From IMG/VR virus record IMGVR_UViG_2667528183_000003, positions 1-64,000 of that record: a DNA stretch of 64,000 nucleotides; one strand, written 5' to 3'. Made by a program: the position numbers and the translations under genes. The stretch comes from a virus (taxonomy: Duplodnaviria > Caudoviricetes). How positions within the stretch are numbered: the first letter of the stretch is position 1; each line of letters opens with the position of its first letter. A model generated the notes under the pieces. It ran no database searches. It was given only the letters and a program-made list of their open reading frames with translations, and was not told where the DNA came from. Positions 46,155-55,240 of this stretch are shown here, piece after piece.

Positions 46155-46185
46155 AATGAGCTTCCTTCTTGTGGCGGTTGATCAC

Positions 46186-46422
46186 ATGGCACGCACTCAT
46201 CGCACGTATCAGTGGAAAGATGGCCGAATCCAGGATGTCGGCTCTATGTATGGGCTTGATGCAGAGGAGATCCCGCCGAGGCGGCCACAGAAGAAAAAAG
46301 GACCAGGAATCGGAATCCAGGACGCGTTACTGCTATTCACTTTCAGCAGCGTGCTAATGATTTTTGCTGGAGGAGCCTTACTGGCTTTCCTGCTTGTTGT
46401 TTATTCAGTTATTTTCGGGTGA
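46186..46422 (+). CDS. Small membrane protein (moron, antisense to the late operon; start could be 46156)
   Basis: Long C-terminal hydrophobic segment. Confidence 0.6.
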   Translation: MARTHRTYQWKDGRIQDVGSMYGLDAEEIPPRRPQKKKGPGIGIQDALLLFTFSSVLMIFAGGALLAFLLVVYSVIFG

Positions 46423-46426
46423 TCAC

Positions 46427-46849
46427 ATGCAAAAAGCACTGCCAGCAACTGCGCTAACAATCGCGCTTGTACTTAGTGGCTGCTCAAAGGTAGACAAGGA
46501 AATTTGCTGGAAGCAGGAGACAAAAGATTCTGTATCAGCTTTAGTTTCCTCTCAATCAAAAGACATAGAATCAAGAATAAAAAACTTCTTCGAATTTAAG
46601 AAGATAAATATTTACTTCGGATCGATCGATGTAAACATGAAAACATCTGACTACTCCCTAGAGAAAATCGACAAGGAAACCGAGGCTGTTGAATGCTCAT
46701 TCAACATGAATATAGAGACCAAGTTCAATTCCTCTGCGACGCTGCAAAACTCAGGCAAAGTCAGATTTACGTCAAAAGTTGGAGAGCATGGCAGGTACAT
46801 AGTTTTGGAGAAAGGCGATATCCCTCCAATAGTAGTCGGCCTCAAATAA
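46427..46849 (+). CDS. Lipoprotein (moron)
   Basis: LTIALVLSGC lipobox; strongly AT-rich. Confidence 0.75.
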   Translation: MQKALPATALTIALVLSGCSKVDKEICWKQETKDSVSALVSSQSKDIESRIKNFFEFKKINIYFGSIDVNMKTSDYSLEKIDKETEAVECSFNMNIETKFNSSATLQNSGKVRFTSKVGEHGRYIVLEKGDIPPIVVGLK

Positions 46850-46878
46850 AACAAGCCCCTTAAAGGGGCTTGTTTATT
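46845..46878. terminator. Bidirectional terminator
   Basis: AAACAAGCCCCT-TAA-AGGGGCTTGTTT between convergent genes. Confidence 0.8.
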
Positions 46879-46887
46879 CAAACATGC

Positions 46888-47763
46888 TTATGCAGCAGAA
46901 TGCATTCCCATCGCATAACCACCAGTCAATCCAAGGCTGCGATAGTTCTGGTACAGCTCGTCGCGGCGCTTATCCAGGCTTGCAAAGGCTCCACGGCCTT
47001 CATTCAGCATGTCAAAGAACAGCATCAGGGTTTTCGAATCAAGCAACTGCGCAGCGGAAAACATATGTTCTCGATGCCGAGACATTGCAGAAAAATATGA
47101 CATCAGGCCGTAGAGGTGGCTTGCTTCATATTTATCCAGGGTAATTCCGTCCTTAGGAGCAGCCTGGATGTACTCGCCTTCCAGAACGACATACGCTGCG
47201 ATGAAGTTGCGCGCCGCGTCGAGTTGATCCGCTGGAATGTCCGCCGCCGATCGAACGCCAAACGCAGCATGGGTCTGCGACCAGATTTTCATGGTTGCAC
47301 GGCGCTGCACCGCTGCAGGCAGAGAAGACACTTTGCCCTTGACCACAGCACCGAGCATGTGGAAGCCGTCAGTGCCGATAGTTTCACCCATGATGGTGCG
47401 GGCATCTTCTGGAGCAATCTGGCTCAGCCGCTTTTCGCACTCAATGAAATAGCGGCGAGCCTGCTTGCCCTTTTCATTTCGCTCAACCATGGCAAGCTCC
47501 TTGCCCATGTCCAAGGTGATGCGATATTCCCTGCTTCGACGGCCCCCAGTGCTTTTGCTCAAAGTTGAGCAAAAGTCTTCGCCCTCTTGAAACCCATACT
47601 CGGCAATGCGTCGAGCGATCCAGTCCTTGAAGTGCGTGTCCACCTCAAGGAAGCGATGCAGCTCTCGAGCATCAACCAGTTGGGCTTGCTCGCCATGGAT
47701 TGATCCAGAGAAGACAGGAATAAGCTCGATGACATCAGGTGCCGCTGTGCTATTATTCGACAT
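46888..47763 (-). CDS. AntA/AntB-family antirepressor with P22 AR C-terminal-like region
   Basis: LVDARELHRFL...FKDWI..RI.EYGF...LDMGKELAMVERNEKGKQARRYFIECEK; GGAG SD before ATG 47763. Confidence 0.88.
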   Translation of the reverse strand: MSNNSTAAPDVIELIPVFSGSIHGEQAQLVDARELHRFLEVDTHFKDWIARRIAEYGFQEGEDFCSTLSKSTGGRRSREYRITLDMGKELAMVERNEKGKQARRYFIECEKRLSQIAPEDARTIMGETIGTDGFHMLGAVVKGKVSSLPAAVQRRATMKIWSQTHAAFGVRSAADIPADQLDAARNFIAAYVVLEGEYIQAAPKDGITLDKYEASHLYGLMSYFSAMSRHREHMFSAAQLLDSKTLMLFFDMLNEGRGAFASLDKRRDELYQNYRSLGLTGGYAMGMHSAA

Positions 47764-47832
47764 GACGATTTCTTCTCCGAAGTTGATCTCGTTTCCCAAA
47801 GCCCTAAGCGCTGCAACGCTTGGGGCTTTTTC
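47762..47832 (+). ncRNA. Putative Sar-like antisense RNA (~70 nt) covering the ant start and SD
   Basis: Extended -10 TG-C-TATTAT at 47748-47756; terminator hairpin 47798-47829 with T-run. Confidence 0.6.
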
Positions 47833-47983
47833 ATTTCTGTTCATTCATCACTTCCCCCTTTGCCTGCTTGATGATCTCAACTAGTTGAGCATTCATTGAG
47901 CGGCCCTGATCCTTTGCTTGCTTCTTCAGCCAGTCCATTAGTTCGCATGGGAAGCGTACCTGGGTGCGCGCGAGTGACTGCAT
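47831..47983 (-). CDS. Arc-like ribbon-helix-helix repressor (50 aa; absent from the ORF track)
   Basis: MQSLARTQVRFPCELMDWLKKQAKDQGRSMNAQLVEII...; AAGGAGG SD. Confidence 0.82.
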   Translation of the reverse strand: MQSLARTQVRFPCELMDWLKKQAKDQGRSMNAQLVEIIKQAKGEVMNEQK

Positions 47984-47993
47984 AGTGCCTCCT

Positions 47994-48047
47994 TAGTGAC
48001 TCTGTGTCACTATACGAGCCGACCAAGGTAGTGTCAACATAGTGACA
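47994..48047 (-). promoter_or_regulatory. Pant-like sigma70 promoter with overlapping operators
   Basis: TTGACA(48037-32)-17 nt-TATAGT(48014-09); palindromes TAGTGAC-N5-GTCACTA and TGTCA-N6-TGACA. Confidence 0.8.
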
Positions 48048-48412
48048 TGACAGACGAAATTTACAGATCACAGTTCCGCCTCCCTTACCCACTGTACGAG
48101 CAGCTCAAAGCAGCGGCAGACGGGAATCGCAGATCGGTTAACGCCGAGCTGGTAGCTCGCGTTGAAGAAAGCTTCGCCAGCCAGGACAGAAGCAGTGCGG
48201 CGAAGTCTGTTTTTGGGGTGAACAAGCAGCTTTTGTTGGCTGGATCCGAAGCGCTGGATGGCGATAAACCGGTCACCCGAGCAGAACTATGGGAAGTGAT
48301 CGGTCAAGCTATAACGCATGCCTTGAGCAGCCAGATCGAAACGCCTCCTGACAACGCCAAGCCAAAGCCCAATACTGGACCGAAATCTCGTAGGCCTCGG
48401 GATAAGAAATAG
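48047..48412 (+). CDS. Mnt/Arc-family repressor (divergent)
   Basis: QFRLPYPLYEQLKAAADGNRRSVNAELVARVEESF motif. Confidence 0.85.
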   Translation: MTDEIYRSQFRLPYPLYEQLKAAADGNRRSVNAELVARVEESFASQDRSSAAKSVFGVNKQLLLAGSEALDGDKPVTRAELWEVIGQAITHALSSQIETPPDNAKPKPNTGPKSRRPRDKK

Positions 48413-48429
48413 CGGTTCAGCTAAACGCC

Positions 48430-48915
48430 TCACAGCAGCGAGCCGTACCCAAGCGCCTCATGAATCAGCCGACCGCCGACCAAACCCTCTACTGCCGCCG
48501 CACCGATGGTGCGGCGGATGAATTCCTTGTTGCGCAGAACCGCTGGCCCCATCACCGGCCGCGGCGGAATGCGCTGCGTGCCGAATTCGTGATAGACCAT
48601 CTTGGGATCGGTGGCGCCGATCACCGCCTCAAGGCCATGGCGGACATGGCTGATCGAGTCACGCATCTGACCAGATGCCTCGAGCGGGGCGTCCGCGCGA
48701 TAGCCCTTACGGGCTTTCTCGGCCTCGGTTGACTCCGCAAGCTCATTCCATTCTGGAAACGGTCCAATCCCTTGCTGGTAGTGGCCAATCTCAGCCTTTG
48801 CGGTTTCCTCGATGCGCTTGGCGCACGCTTCCAGGCCGCGCTCAAGGCATGCCACCTCTGCGGCGGCAGCGGCTGCAAGATGAAGGGCCAGGGCGCCCAT
48901 GCTGTTGAACTCCAT
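48430..48915 (-). CDS. Tail completion protein (HK97 gp10-like)
   Basis: YHEFGT.RIPPRP motif. Confidence 0.75.
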   Translation of the reverse strand: MEFNSMGALALHLAAAAAAEVACLERGLEACAKRIEETAKAEIGHYQQGIGPFPEWNELAESTEAEKARKGYRADAPLEASGQMRDSISHVRHGLEAVIGATDPKMVYHEFGTQRIPPRPVMGPAVLRNKEFIRRTIGAAAVEGLVGGRLIHEALGYGSLL

Positions 48916-49100
48916 GGCTCACTCCTTCTTGTCGAACTGCATGCTGTGCCAGTTGAAAGTACCGGCCCCTTCAAATTCAGAAAACATGATTGAAAAGGCC
49001 ATCCGCTCATAGTCGGATAGCAAGTCACACCCAAAAACCCTGTCAAAAGGAACCCCGTTCTTCACCAACCAGCATCGGCTGCGAAAATCGAGGTCCTCAG

Positions 49101-49508
49101 TCAGTTTTTTGCGGCGGCCTGCTCAGCGCTGAGCGCACTTGCGGCTGACGCGGCGTCGGCCTTGGCTTTTGCGGCTTCATGTTCAGCAAGCATGTATTTC
49201 TCAATCGCATCCATCCCTTCAGCGCCAAGCTCAGAAAGCATCGACTCGATCTGGCTAAGGGTTTGCGGCAGGCCGAATCCGACATCATCGATGTAAACAA
49301 CGGATGCAGCTGGAAGCGCAAAAGCCCCCATGTAAACGCTGTTTGCCGCAAGCTCCCCACCTACAGCCATCACTACCCTTGCCTTTTGCAATGGGTCAAG
49401 GGTGCGAAGCTTGATGACTCGGCCAAGGCTGTCGTGGAGCGAAGTGAACTTGGGCTTTTGATCAACGTGGATCGGAGCTGCGGATTCGGTAACTTTTACT
49501 GTGGCCAT
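49101..49508 (-). CDS. Tail assembly chaperone; -1 frameshift product extends to 48919
   Basis: Follows the tube gene; ends GCA-AAA-AAC-TGA; the -1 frame is open. Confidence 0.8.
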   Translation of the reverse strand: MATVKVTESAAPIHVDQKPKFTSLHDSLGRVIKLRTLDPLQKARVVMAVGGELAANSVYMGAFALPAASVVYIDDVGFGLPQTLSQIESMLSELGAEGMDAIEKYMLAEHEAAKAKADAASAASALSAEQAAAKN

Positions 49509-49600
49509 GGATAAATCCTCGGGTCAGAGAGTCGTCAAGGAGCATGGCGTGCGGGGTGACGAGTCCCGCGCCCTGCTTGCGGGGCTGCCATGCAAAACGG

Positions 49601-50026
49601 TTAAACCTTGATACGTCGGCGCGCGGTGAAGGACATGGACTGGCGAATGGTCTTGTCGCCTTCCTTCTTGCCGGCGTCTTCCAGCTTCAGAATGACGTGC
49701 GTGTAGCGCCAGGTAGTGGTGCCCCCGCCGACTTCCTGAATGGTTTCGGTGATGGTCGCCGGGCTCTGGTTGACGCCGTTGTAGTAGTCGCTTTCGAACT
49801 GCGCCCACCAATCGTCCAGCGTCGAGTCAACTCGCTCGGCCTCGAAAGTACCGGTCCAGCCCTTGGGGATCATCAGCTCATCGGTCTGACCGTTGAGCGG
49901 CGTGATTTCCTGGTTGGTGACCTTCGGCTTTGAGTCGAAGGACATGATCTTGCTCAGCCTGATCGGGCCATAGGGTCCGTTGATATCGATCGCGATATCC
50001 TTCCCCGTGTTGTATCCACCTTGCAT
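49601..50026 (-). CDS. Tail tube protein
   Basis: Directly downstream of the sheath; GWTGTFEAER; 141 aa. Confidence 0.78.
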   Translation of the reverse strand: MQGGYNTGKDIAIDINGPYGPIRLSKIMSFDSKPKVTNQEITPLNGQTDELMIPKGWTGTFEAERVDSTLDDWWAQFESDYYNGVNQSPATITETIQEVGGGTTTWRYTHVILKLEDAGKKEGDKTIRQSMSFTARRRIKV

Positions 50027-50084
50027 GGCGATCTCCAAAATGAAAAACCCGGCTCTAGGCCGGGCTGGATGTGTGGCTTAGCGC

Positions 50085-51641
50085 TTAGGCGGCGCGGGGG
50101 GTTGCGGAAGCAACGACGGTGACGGACTGCCCGGCTTCCAGGTTTACGAGGAAGTAGCGGATCACAGACAGGTACTTGACCTGCACGTCGGCCTGCATGT
50201 AGCCCAGGGCTACGCGGGAGTCGGGGTTGTTGCTGGCGTCGATCTGCACGGAGAACGCAGGGCCACCGTTGACGTCGCCAATCATTCCTTGCTGCACCAG
50301 GACCTGCAGGAAGCTTTCCATGGTCGACTTGGTAGTCCGACGCACATCTGGGGTCTGCAGTTGGCCAATAACGCCGCCGAAGGAGGCCGCGATGGTCAGA
50401 GAGATGAAGTTCGTCATCCGTGTGTAGTTGTCGCCGTTCACCGCGGAGTTGCTGGAGCAGTTCAGGCCGGAACGGTGGCCGTAGTAGCTGCCGCCCGGGC
50501 AAGGATTGGTGATCACGTCCAGGCGCGCGGTGTTGATGGCGCCGATCTCGGCGATGCTGTACGGCTGCTGCGATAGGTTGCGCTGAGTCGAGATCGCGTT
50601 GGTGATCGGCTTGTTAAGCGGGCTCTGGTTTGGCGAAAGTGCGGCGATTTTGGCGGCCGAAAAAGTCGCCGGCGCTATCATGCGTTTCTGACCATTGACT
50701 TGATCCTGCCAGTACACCCAGTCGCCAACCATCACCTTAAGCGCGTAGCTGTCACAGCCGGCGGTGGTCAGGCTGGTGGAAACGGTGGCGTAGGACGCGC
50801 CGGCCGGCCCCTGGGTGACCATGTAGCAGCCTTCAGACAGGCCGTAGGTCAGCATGGTTGGCCACTGAGTCGAATCGGTCAGATCGATCAGGTTGGCGAC
50901 CTGGGCACCGCTACCACGCAGGGCGTACATGCCTTTGCGAGTGGAACCGGTGACGCCGTCGACACCGATCAGTACAGCGTCAGTCAGCGTGGCATTGCCC
51001 GAGGTACCCGAGGTAAAGGTGACGGTCTGGGTTGTGGCGGGCGCGGTACTTGAGGCGCCGACAGTCGCAATCACAAGCTGAGAAGGCCCGCGAATGCCCG
51101 ACTGTCCGTTGTTCACCGCGCTGACGATGTTTTGCCACAACCCCAAGCCGGTGCCCGTGATGTTGTCGAAGACTTCCGGAGCTACGCCAGGCAGGGAAAC
51201 AACCAACTTCCAGCTTGAAGCCGCGGCGCCGGCCGATAGAGTGGCGCTCAGTGAATTGCCCAAGGTGCCGGTGTAAAACGCCGTCAAAGTGGCGCCGGTG
51301 GCTGTGGCGGTGTCCTTCAGGGTGCTTGTGGCGGCGGTATCAGTACCGTCGGTAACGCGCACGGCGCGGATGTTTGAGGCTCCGCCTTGAATGGAGATGG
51401 CAATCGCGGTGCAAAGATCGTACTTGCGCACGGTCTGAATGCCGAAGTTCTGCGATGCATCGCCAGGGGAGCCGATCAAGGTTGGGCTGTTCACCGGCCC
51501 CCAATCGGCGATGCCGACGAGGCCCAGGATATCGGTGGCCACACCGTTGATGTAGCGGGTCTTTGGCGGAACGATCTGGATGTAGAGATCTGGGGCCTGA
51601 AGTGCCGCCGTGTTCAAGCTGCCTGCCGGGTAAATGGGCAT
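50085..51641 (-). CDS. Tail sheath protein
   Basis: PDLYIQ, GIADWGPVN and ICDxxNN-like (IDASNNP) motifs; 518 aa. Confidence 0.88.
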   Translation of the reverse strand: MPIYPAGSLNTAALQAPDLYIQIVPPKTRYINGVATDILGLVGIADWGPVNSPTLIGSPGDASQNFGIQTVRKYDLCTAIAISIQGGASNIRAVRVTDGTDTAATSTLKDTATATGATLTAFYTGTLGNSLSATLSAGAAASSWKLVVSLPGVAPEVFDNITGTGLGLWQNIVSAVNNGQSGIRGPSQLVIATVGASSTAPATTQTVTFTSGTSGNATLTDAVLIGVDGVTGSTRKGMYALRGSGAQVANLIDLTDSTQWPTMLTYGLSEGCYMVTQGPAGASYATVSTSLTTAGCDSYALKVMVGDWVYWQDQVNGQKRMIAPATFSAAKIAALSPNQSPLNKPITNAISTQRNLSQQPYSIAEIGAINTARLDVITNPCPGGSYYGHRSGLNCSSNSAVNGDNYTRMTNFISLTIAASFGGVIGQLQTPDVRRTTKSTMESFLQVLVQQGMIGDVNGGPAFSVQIDASNNPDSRVALGYMQADVQVKYLSVIRYFLVNLEAGQSVTVVASATPRAA

Positions 51642-51702
51642 GGCGTCCTCCTAATGAAAAAGCCGCCTCAGTGGGCGGCTTCTTGTGTGTGGGTTTCGCT
51701 TG

Positions 51703-51885
51703 TTAGGCGTTGGCGACTTTCAGGACATTCCCGGCGCTCTCGCCGGCCAGGACCGCGGCAACCTCGTCCGGGTCGGTGAGGACTTGGCCAACCTGATAAT
51801 CGGCGAATGCGAATTTCACGGTGAGGGTGTATGGCGCTTTTGCCTTCGAGGCCGGCGCTTTGGTGTCTGCAGTATCGGAGTCCAT
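51703..51885 (-). CDS. Small virion-associated hypothetical protein
   Basis: LTVKFAFADYQVGQVLTD; lies before the sheath. Confidence 0.6.
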   Translation of the reverse strand: MDSDTADTKAPASKAKAPYTLTVKFAFADYQVGQVLTDPDEVAAVLAGESAGNVLKVANA

Positions 51886-51893
51886 GTCGGGCC

Positions 51894-52715
51894 TCAAGGG
51901 TTCACAGTTGTTTCAGGAAGCCCGCTTAGGGCGTTGGTGATGTTCAGTACCGGCGCAATCGCTTCCGCCTGTTGCTGGGTCTGGGTCGTCGCGTAATCCA
52001 CGGTGTAGATCAGGTCGCGGCGGTACAGCCCAGACTTCTCCTGCGCATCCGTTTGGATAGAGTGCGAATAGCGGATGATCCCGTGCGAACCATCCGGCAA
52101 CGCTATGTCGGTCGCATCAGAGAGGCGCGAATCGATCGGCGATGAGGCCGCGTCCCGGGAACTTGGCGTTGGTGCCCAGACGGTGATCTGGAACTGCTTC
52201 TCCTGGCGTTTCGTTTCCTTGATCGCGGTGCCGAAACCGCCGACGCGCGCAATGACGCTGTGGGAGCCTGAGATCGTGATGACTGCCCCGGCGCTGGATG
52301 AGCCAGGGATCAGAGCGGAAAGCCCTGTCGCAGCGCTTGTAAGCGTGTCTGATGGCTGCATGGCATAGACATAGCTGGCCCCGTTCACGTTGATCAGCAG
52401 GTTTTGCCGGCTGATCGTGCCTGAGAGCGTGACCGTTGCCCCTGAAACCGTCATTGTGACGGAGTGCGTCGGAGCAACAAGAAGCGTCCAATCCCGCCCG
52501 ATGAAACGAGTGGTTTTTCGCTCAGTAGCAAGTGGATAGAGGCTGATGTGAGCCCTTCCAGCCGTCAAATCACTCTCAAGAACGTTCGGAACGGGCCAGC
52601 CCGGGTAAATCTTGACCTGAATCCCGCACACGCTCGGCTGACTGGTCCCGTTTGGGTACACAATCGCCGCGACCTGTGCGGTCAACTGGTTGAGAACATC
52701 GGAAAGGTCGGCCAT
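51894..52715 (-). CDS. Putative tail terminator
   Basis: IYPGWP...FQITVWAP motif; position. Confidence 0.65.
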   Translation of the reverse strand: MADLSDVLNQLTAQVAAIVYPNGTSQPSVCGIQVKIYPGWPVPNVLESDLTAGRAHISLYPLATERKTTRFIGRDWTLLVAPTHSVTMTVSGATVTLSGTISRQNLLINVNGASYVYAMQPSDTLTSAATGLSALIPGSSSAGAVITISGSHSVIARVGGFGTAIKETKRQEKQFQITVWAPTPSSRDAASSPIDSRLSDATDIALPDGSHGIIRYSHSIQTDAQEKSGLYRRDLIYTVDYATTQTQQQAEAIAPVLNITNALSGLPETTVNP

Positions 52716-52716
52716 A

Positions 52717-53355
52717 TCACACCTGCGCCTGCATGGCAGTGAGGCGCCAGCCCATGTCGGTCAGCTCAGCGCTTGAAATCACGTATTTCCGACCGAGATC
52801 ATCTCGGATGAAGTCGCTAGTCCTGAACTCAACCCCAGGCCATGCTGGCATAAGGATCAACCACCACGGGGTTCTGACATCCAGCGGCAGTTTTGCGTCG
52901 TTTGACTCACCCTTGGTGCCCTGCAAGATGCTGGCAGGCCATCCTTGCATCAGGACCTCCTCGTTTTCTGGAGTCGCCCCGCCGTAGCCAACTGCGCCAT
53001 AGCCAGAATCCATTCCGGTGCGTGAAACCGAAACAGTACGATTGGCCTGAACACAGTAAATCGGCAGCGTGTCCTGCATCGCTGCGATGAAGAACGTGCC
53101 CTGGCGCCCGACGAGGAAGTCGCCGACTTCGAAAGTGCGAGCATCAAACAGTCCAAGCCACGTTGCTTGGCCGTACTTGTTTGGCGCCGAGTAGCTGAAG
53201 TTCGTGGTGAACGACGCCGGCAGCGTCTGCAAGGCGGTTGACGACAGCGGGTTATTGGCGCTCGTAGCGCGGAATTGCTGGTAGTCGAAACCGATTCGCT
53301 TGGCTGCCTTGCCATAGCCGATGTAGATCTTGTCGCGCAGCTTAAAGCCGTCCAT
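52717..53355 (-). CDS. Putative head closure protein
   Basis: Position after the adaptor; DDLGRKYVISSAE. Confidence 0.6.
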   Translation of the reverse strand: MDGFKLRDKIYIGYGKAAKRIGFDYQQFRATSANNPLSSTALQTLPASFTTNFSYSAPNKYGQATWLGLFDARTFEVGDFLVGRQGTFFIAAMQDTLPIYCVQANRTVSVSRTGMDSGYGAVGYGGATPENEEVLMQGWPASILQGTKGESNDAKLPLDVRTPWWLILMPAWPGVEFRTSDFIRDDLGRKYVISSAELTDMGWRLTAMQAQV

Positions 53356-53356
53356 A

Positions 53357-53749
53357 TCACCCCCTGGCCAAGCTGATCCCGCCACTTCCCAGGGATGGCC
53401 CGGGAGGAACTCCAAGGAAACCGCACAGCTCGCGGCGCCAGAGCCGATACAGCCTCATCCGGTCCGTCACCTCGTCCTTGTTGTGCACCCATACAGCCGC
53501 TTGTGCGGTGTCCAGGTTCTCGGTTGAAGAAAGCACGTCAGTTTCGAGGCCAGCGATCTTGGTCAGGAAGTTGGTCATAGTGACCTCTTCCTCCGGCCGC
53601 AGGCTGTTCAAGCGATGGTTCAGCGTCTGCCAGATCAGCGGCGCCACCCAGCCCCAGGCCGTATCACGCCGATCATCGAGCGTCACGTCGCCCTGCATCG
53701 GATACCCGGCGTAACGCCGAGCGTCCGATTTTTGCTGGTCAGTAAGCAT
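53357..53749 (-). CDS. Putative head-tail adaptor
   Basis: LTDQQKSDARRYAGYP...WRRELCGFLG; position. Confidence 0.65.
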   Translation of the reverse strand: MLTDQQKSDARRYAGYPMQGDVTLDDRRDTAWGWVAPLIWQTLNHRLNSLRPEEEVTMTNFLTKIAGLETDVLSSTENLDTAQAAVWVHNKDEVTDRMRLYRLWRRELCGFLGVPPGPSLGSGGISLARG

Positions 53750-53767
53750 GGGTGGCACCTTCTTGGG

Positions 53768-54019
53768 TTATTCGCTGGCCGGCTTGTTCTGGTCGAACAG
53801 GGATTGCAGATCGGCCTTGGAGGCACCTGCCTTGTAAGGAACGCCAAGCTCATCAAGCTTGGCCCGCAGGAAAGCTGCGGTTCCTTCCTTCGGCCCACCC
53901 TGGTCGGATCCATCGTCGTAGCGGGTATGGAAGTTTTCGTCGAAGCTGTCGGCATCGATCAGGACGAAATCGCCCTGCCCTTCGCCCCACGGATCGACTT
54001 TGATCACTTTATCGCTCAT
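53768..54019 (-). CDS. Small protein with HeH/LEM-like C-terminus
   Basis: LRAKLDELGVPY...ASKADL; follows the coat gene. Confidence 0.65.
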   Translation of the reverse strand: MSDKVIKVDPWGEGQGDFVLIDADSFDENFHTRYDDGSDQGGPKEGTAAFLRAKLDELGVPYKAGASKADLQSLFDQNKPASE

Positions 54020-54070
54020 GCATTTCTCCAGGATTTGATGCGCCCGTGACCTAAGACACGGGCGCAGTCA

Positions 54071-55225
54071 TTACGCCAGCAGCAGCGCGGTGTGTTCTGG
54101 TTTGACCATCGCAACACCCCAGGCCAGCGCGATTTCGTACTGGATCTGGCGGTATTGCTTGTACAGCGAGATCTCGAACGACAGGCCGCTGATAGGGTCG
54201 GTGATGATCATCCGGTCGGAAGCGCTGTCGCCGCCTTCTGGCAGGGCCGGAGCGCGGGTGGCAACAGCCAGTGCCGAGCGAGCGAACGCCATGTTGCGGG
54301 TGGTCGCGGCAATCACGGTGATAGCGGTAGCGGAAGTACCGATCGCCTTGCGCAGGCCAGGAGCAGCCAGCACGATGGTGCCGCCGTTCGAGACGTCAGT
54401 GTCACCGGTCAGTACGACGTACTTGTTGGTATCGCCGGCGAAAGTGATCACGTCACCCGCCAGTACGGTGCCGGTACCGGCCGAAGCCAGGCCGATGCTG
54501 GTAGCGCCGACTGCGTAGCCTGCGGTGTTGGTAGTCGCACTCGCGCCGGTGCCGGCCACAACGGTTTTGACCTGCGCCGACTCGCGGATGGCAAAGCCGT
54601 GAACGTCCAGCAGCACACCGCGGCGCAGCATGCTGGTATCAGCCGCTTCGTTCGCTTTGGTCAGTTGACCCAGAGTGCGCATGCTGGCGCCGGCGGTGGT
54701 GTCCAGCACCATCTGCAGGTCGCTCGTCGGCGCGCCGTTGTCCGACAGGATTTTGCGCATCTGCGCGGCTTCTGCCAGGTTGGTGGCGAACGGGACGGTG
54801 CCAGGGGTGCCGTAGGCGCGGGACGACTTCAGGCACAGGTTGGCGATGTCGGATTCGACTTCGTTCACCAGCGCACGCATACCCTGGGCGAGCTGGTCGC
54901 GCAGGATCACGTTGTACGAGGCGCCGTTGTTGTCCAAACCGCGTTTCTCTTCACCGTTCCAACGCACCGGCACGCGGCGAGCCTTGGAAATGGTCATCGA
55001 CACGGAGCCAATGGTTTGGTCGCCGTCGTTTGGCGGAGTCACTGCGGGGGTGATGTCGGTCGCGCTTGCGGCCGGCGCCACAGGCGAGGTGACGGTTTGA
55101 CCTACGGCGGCGCGGTCATAGGTCATGTCGGCAGAAACGGCAGGGATGAAGCCCACCAGTTCGCGGGAGACGACGTCCAGCGCGTTGTAGATCGTGGTTG
55201 TGAGGCCGGTGAGAGTGTTGCTCAT
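54071..55225 (-). CDS. Major capsid protein (P22 coat-like)
   Basis: ALDVVSRELVGFIP...LAWGVAMVKPE; 384 aa after the scaffold; CAGGAG SD. Confidence 0.88.
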   Translation of the reverse strand: MSNTLTGLTTTIYNALDVVSRELVGFIPAVSADMTYDRAAVGQTVTSPVAPAASATDITPAVTPPNDGDQTIGSVSMTISKARRVPVRWNGEEKRGLDNNGASYNVILRDQLAQGMRALVNEVESDIANLCLKSSRAYGTPGTVPFATNLAEAAQMRKILSDNGAPTSDLQMVLDTTAGASMRTLGQLTKANEAADTSMLRRGVLLDVHGFAIRESAQVKTVVAGTGASATTNTAGYAVGATSIGLASAGTGTVLAGDVITFAGDTNKYVVLTGDTDVSNGGTIVLAAPGLRKAIGTSATAITVIAATTRNMAFARSALAVATRAPALPEGGDSASDRMIITDPISGLSFEISLYKQYRQIQYEIALAWGVAMVKPEHTALLLA

Positions 55226-55240
55226 GGATTACTCCTGGGA

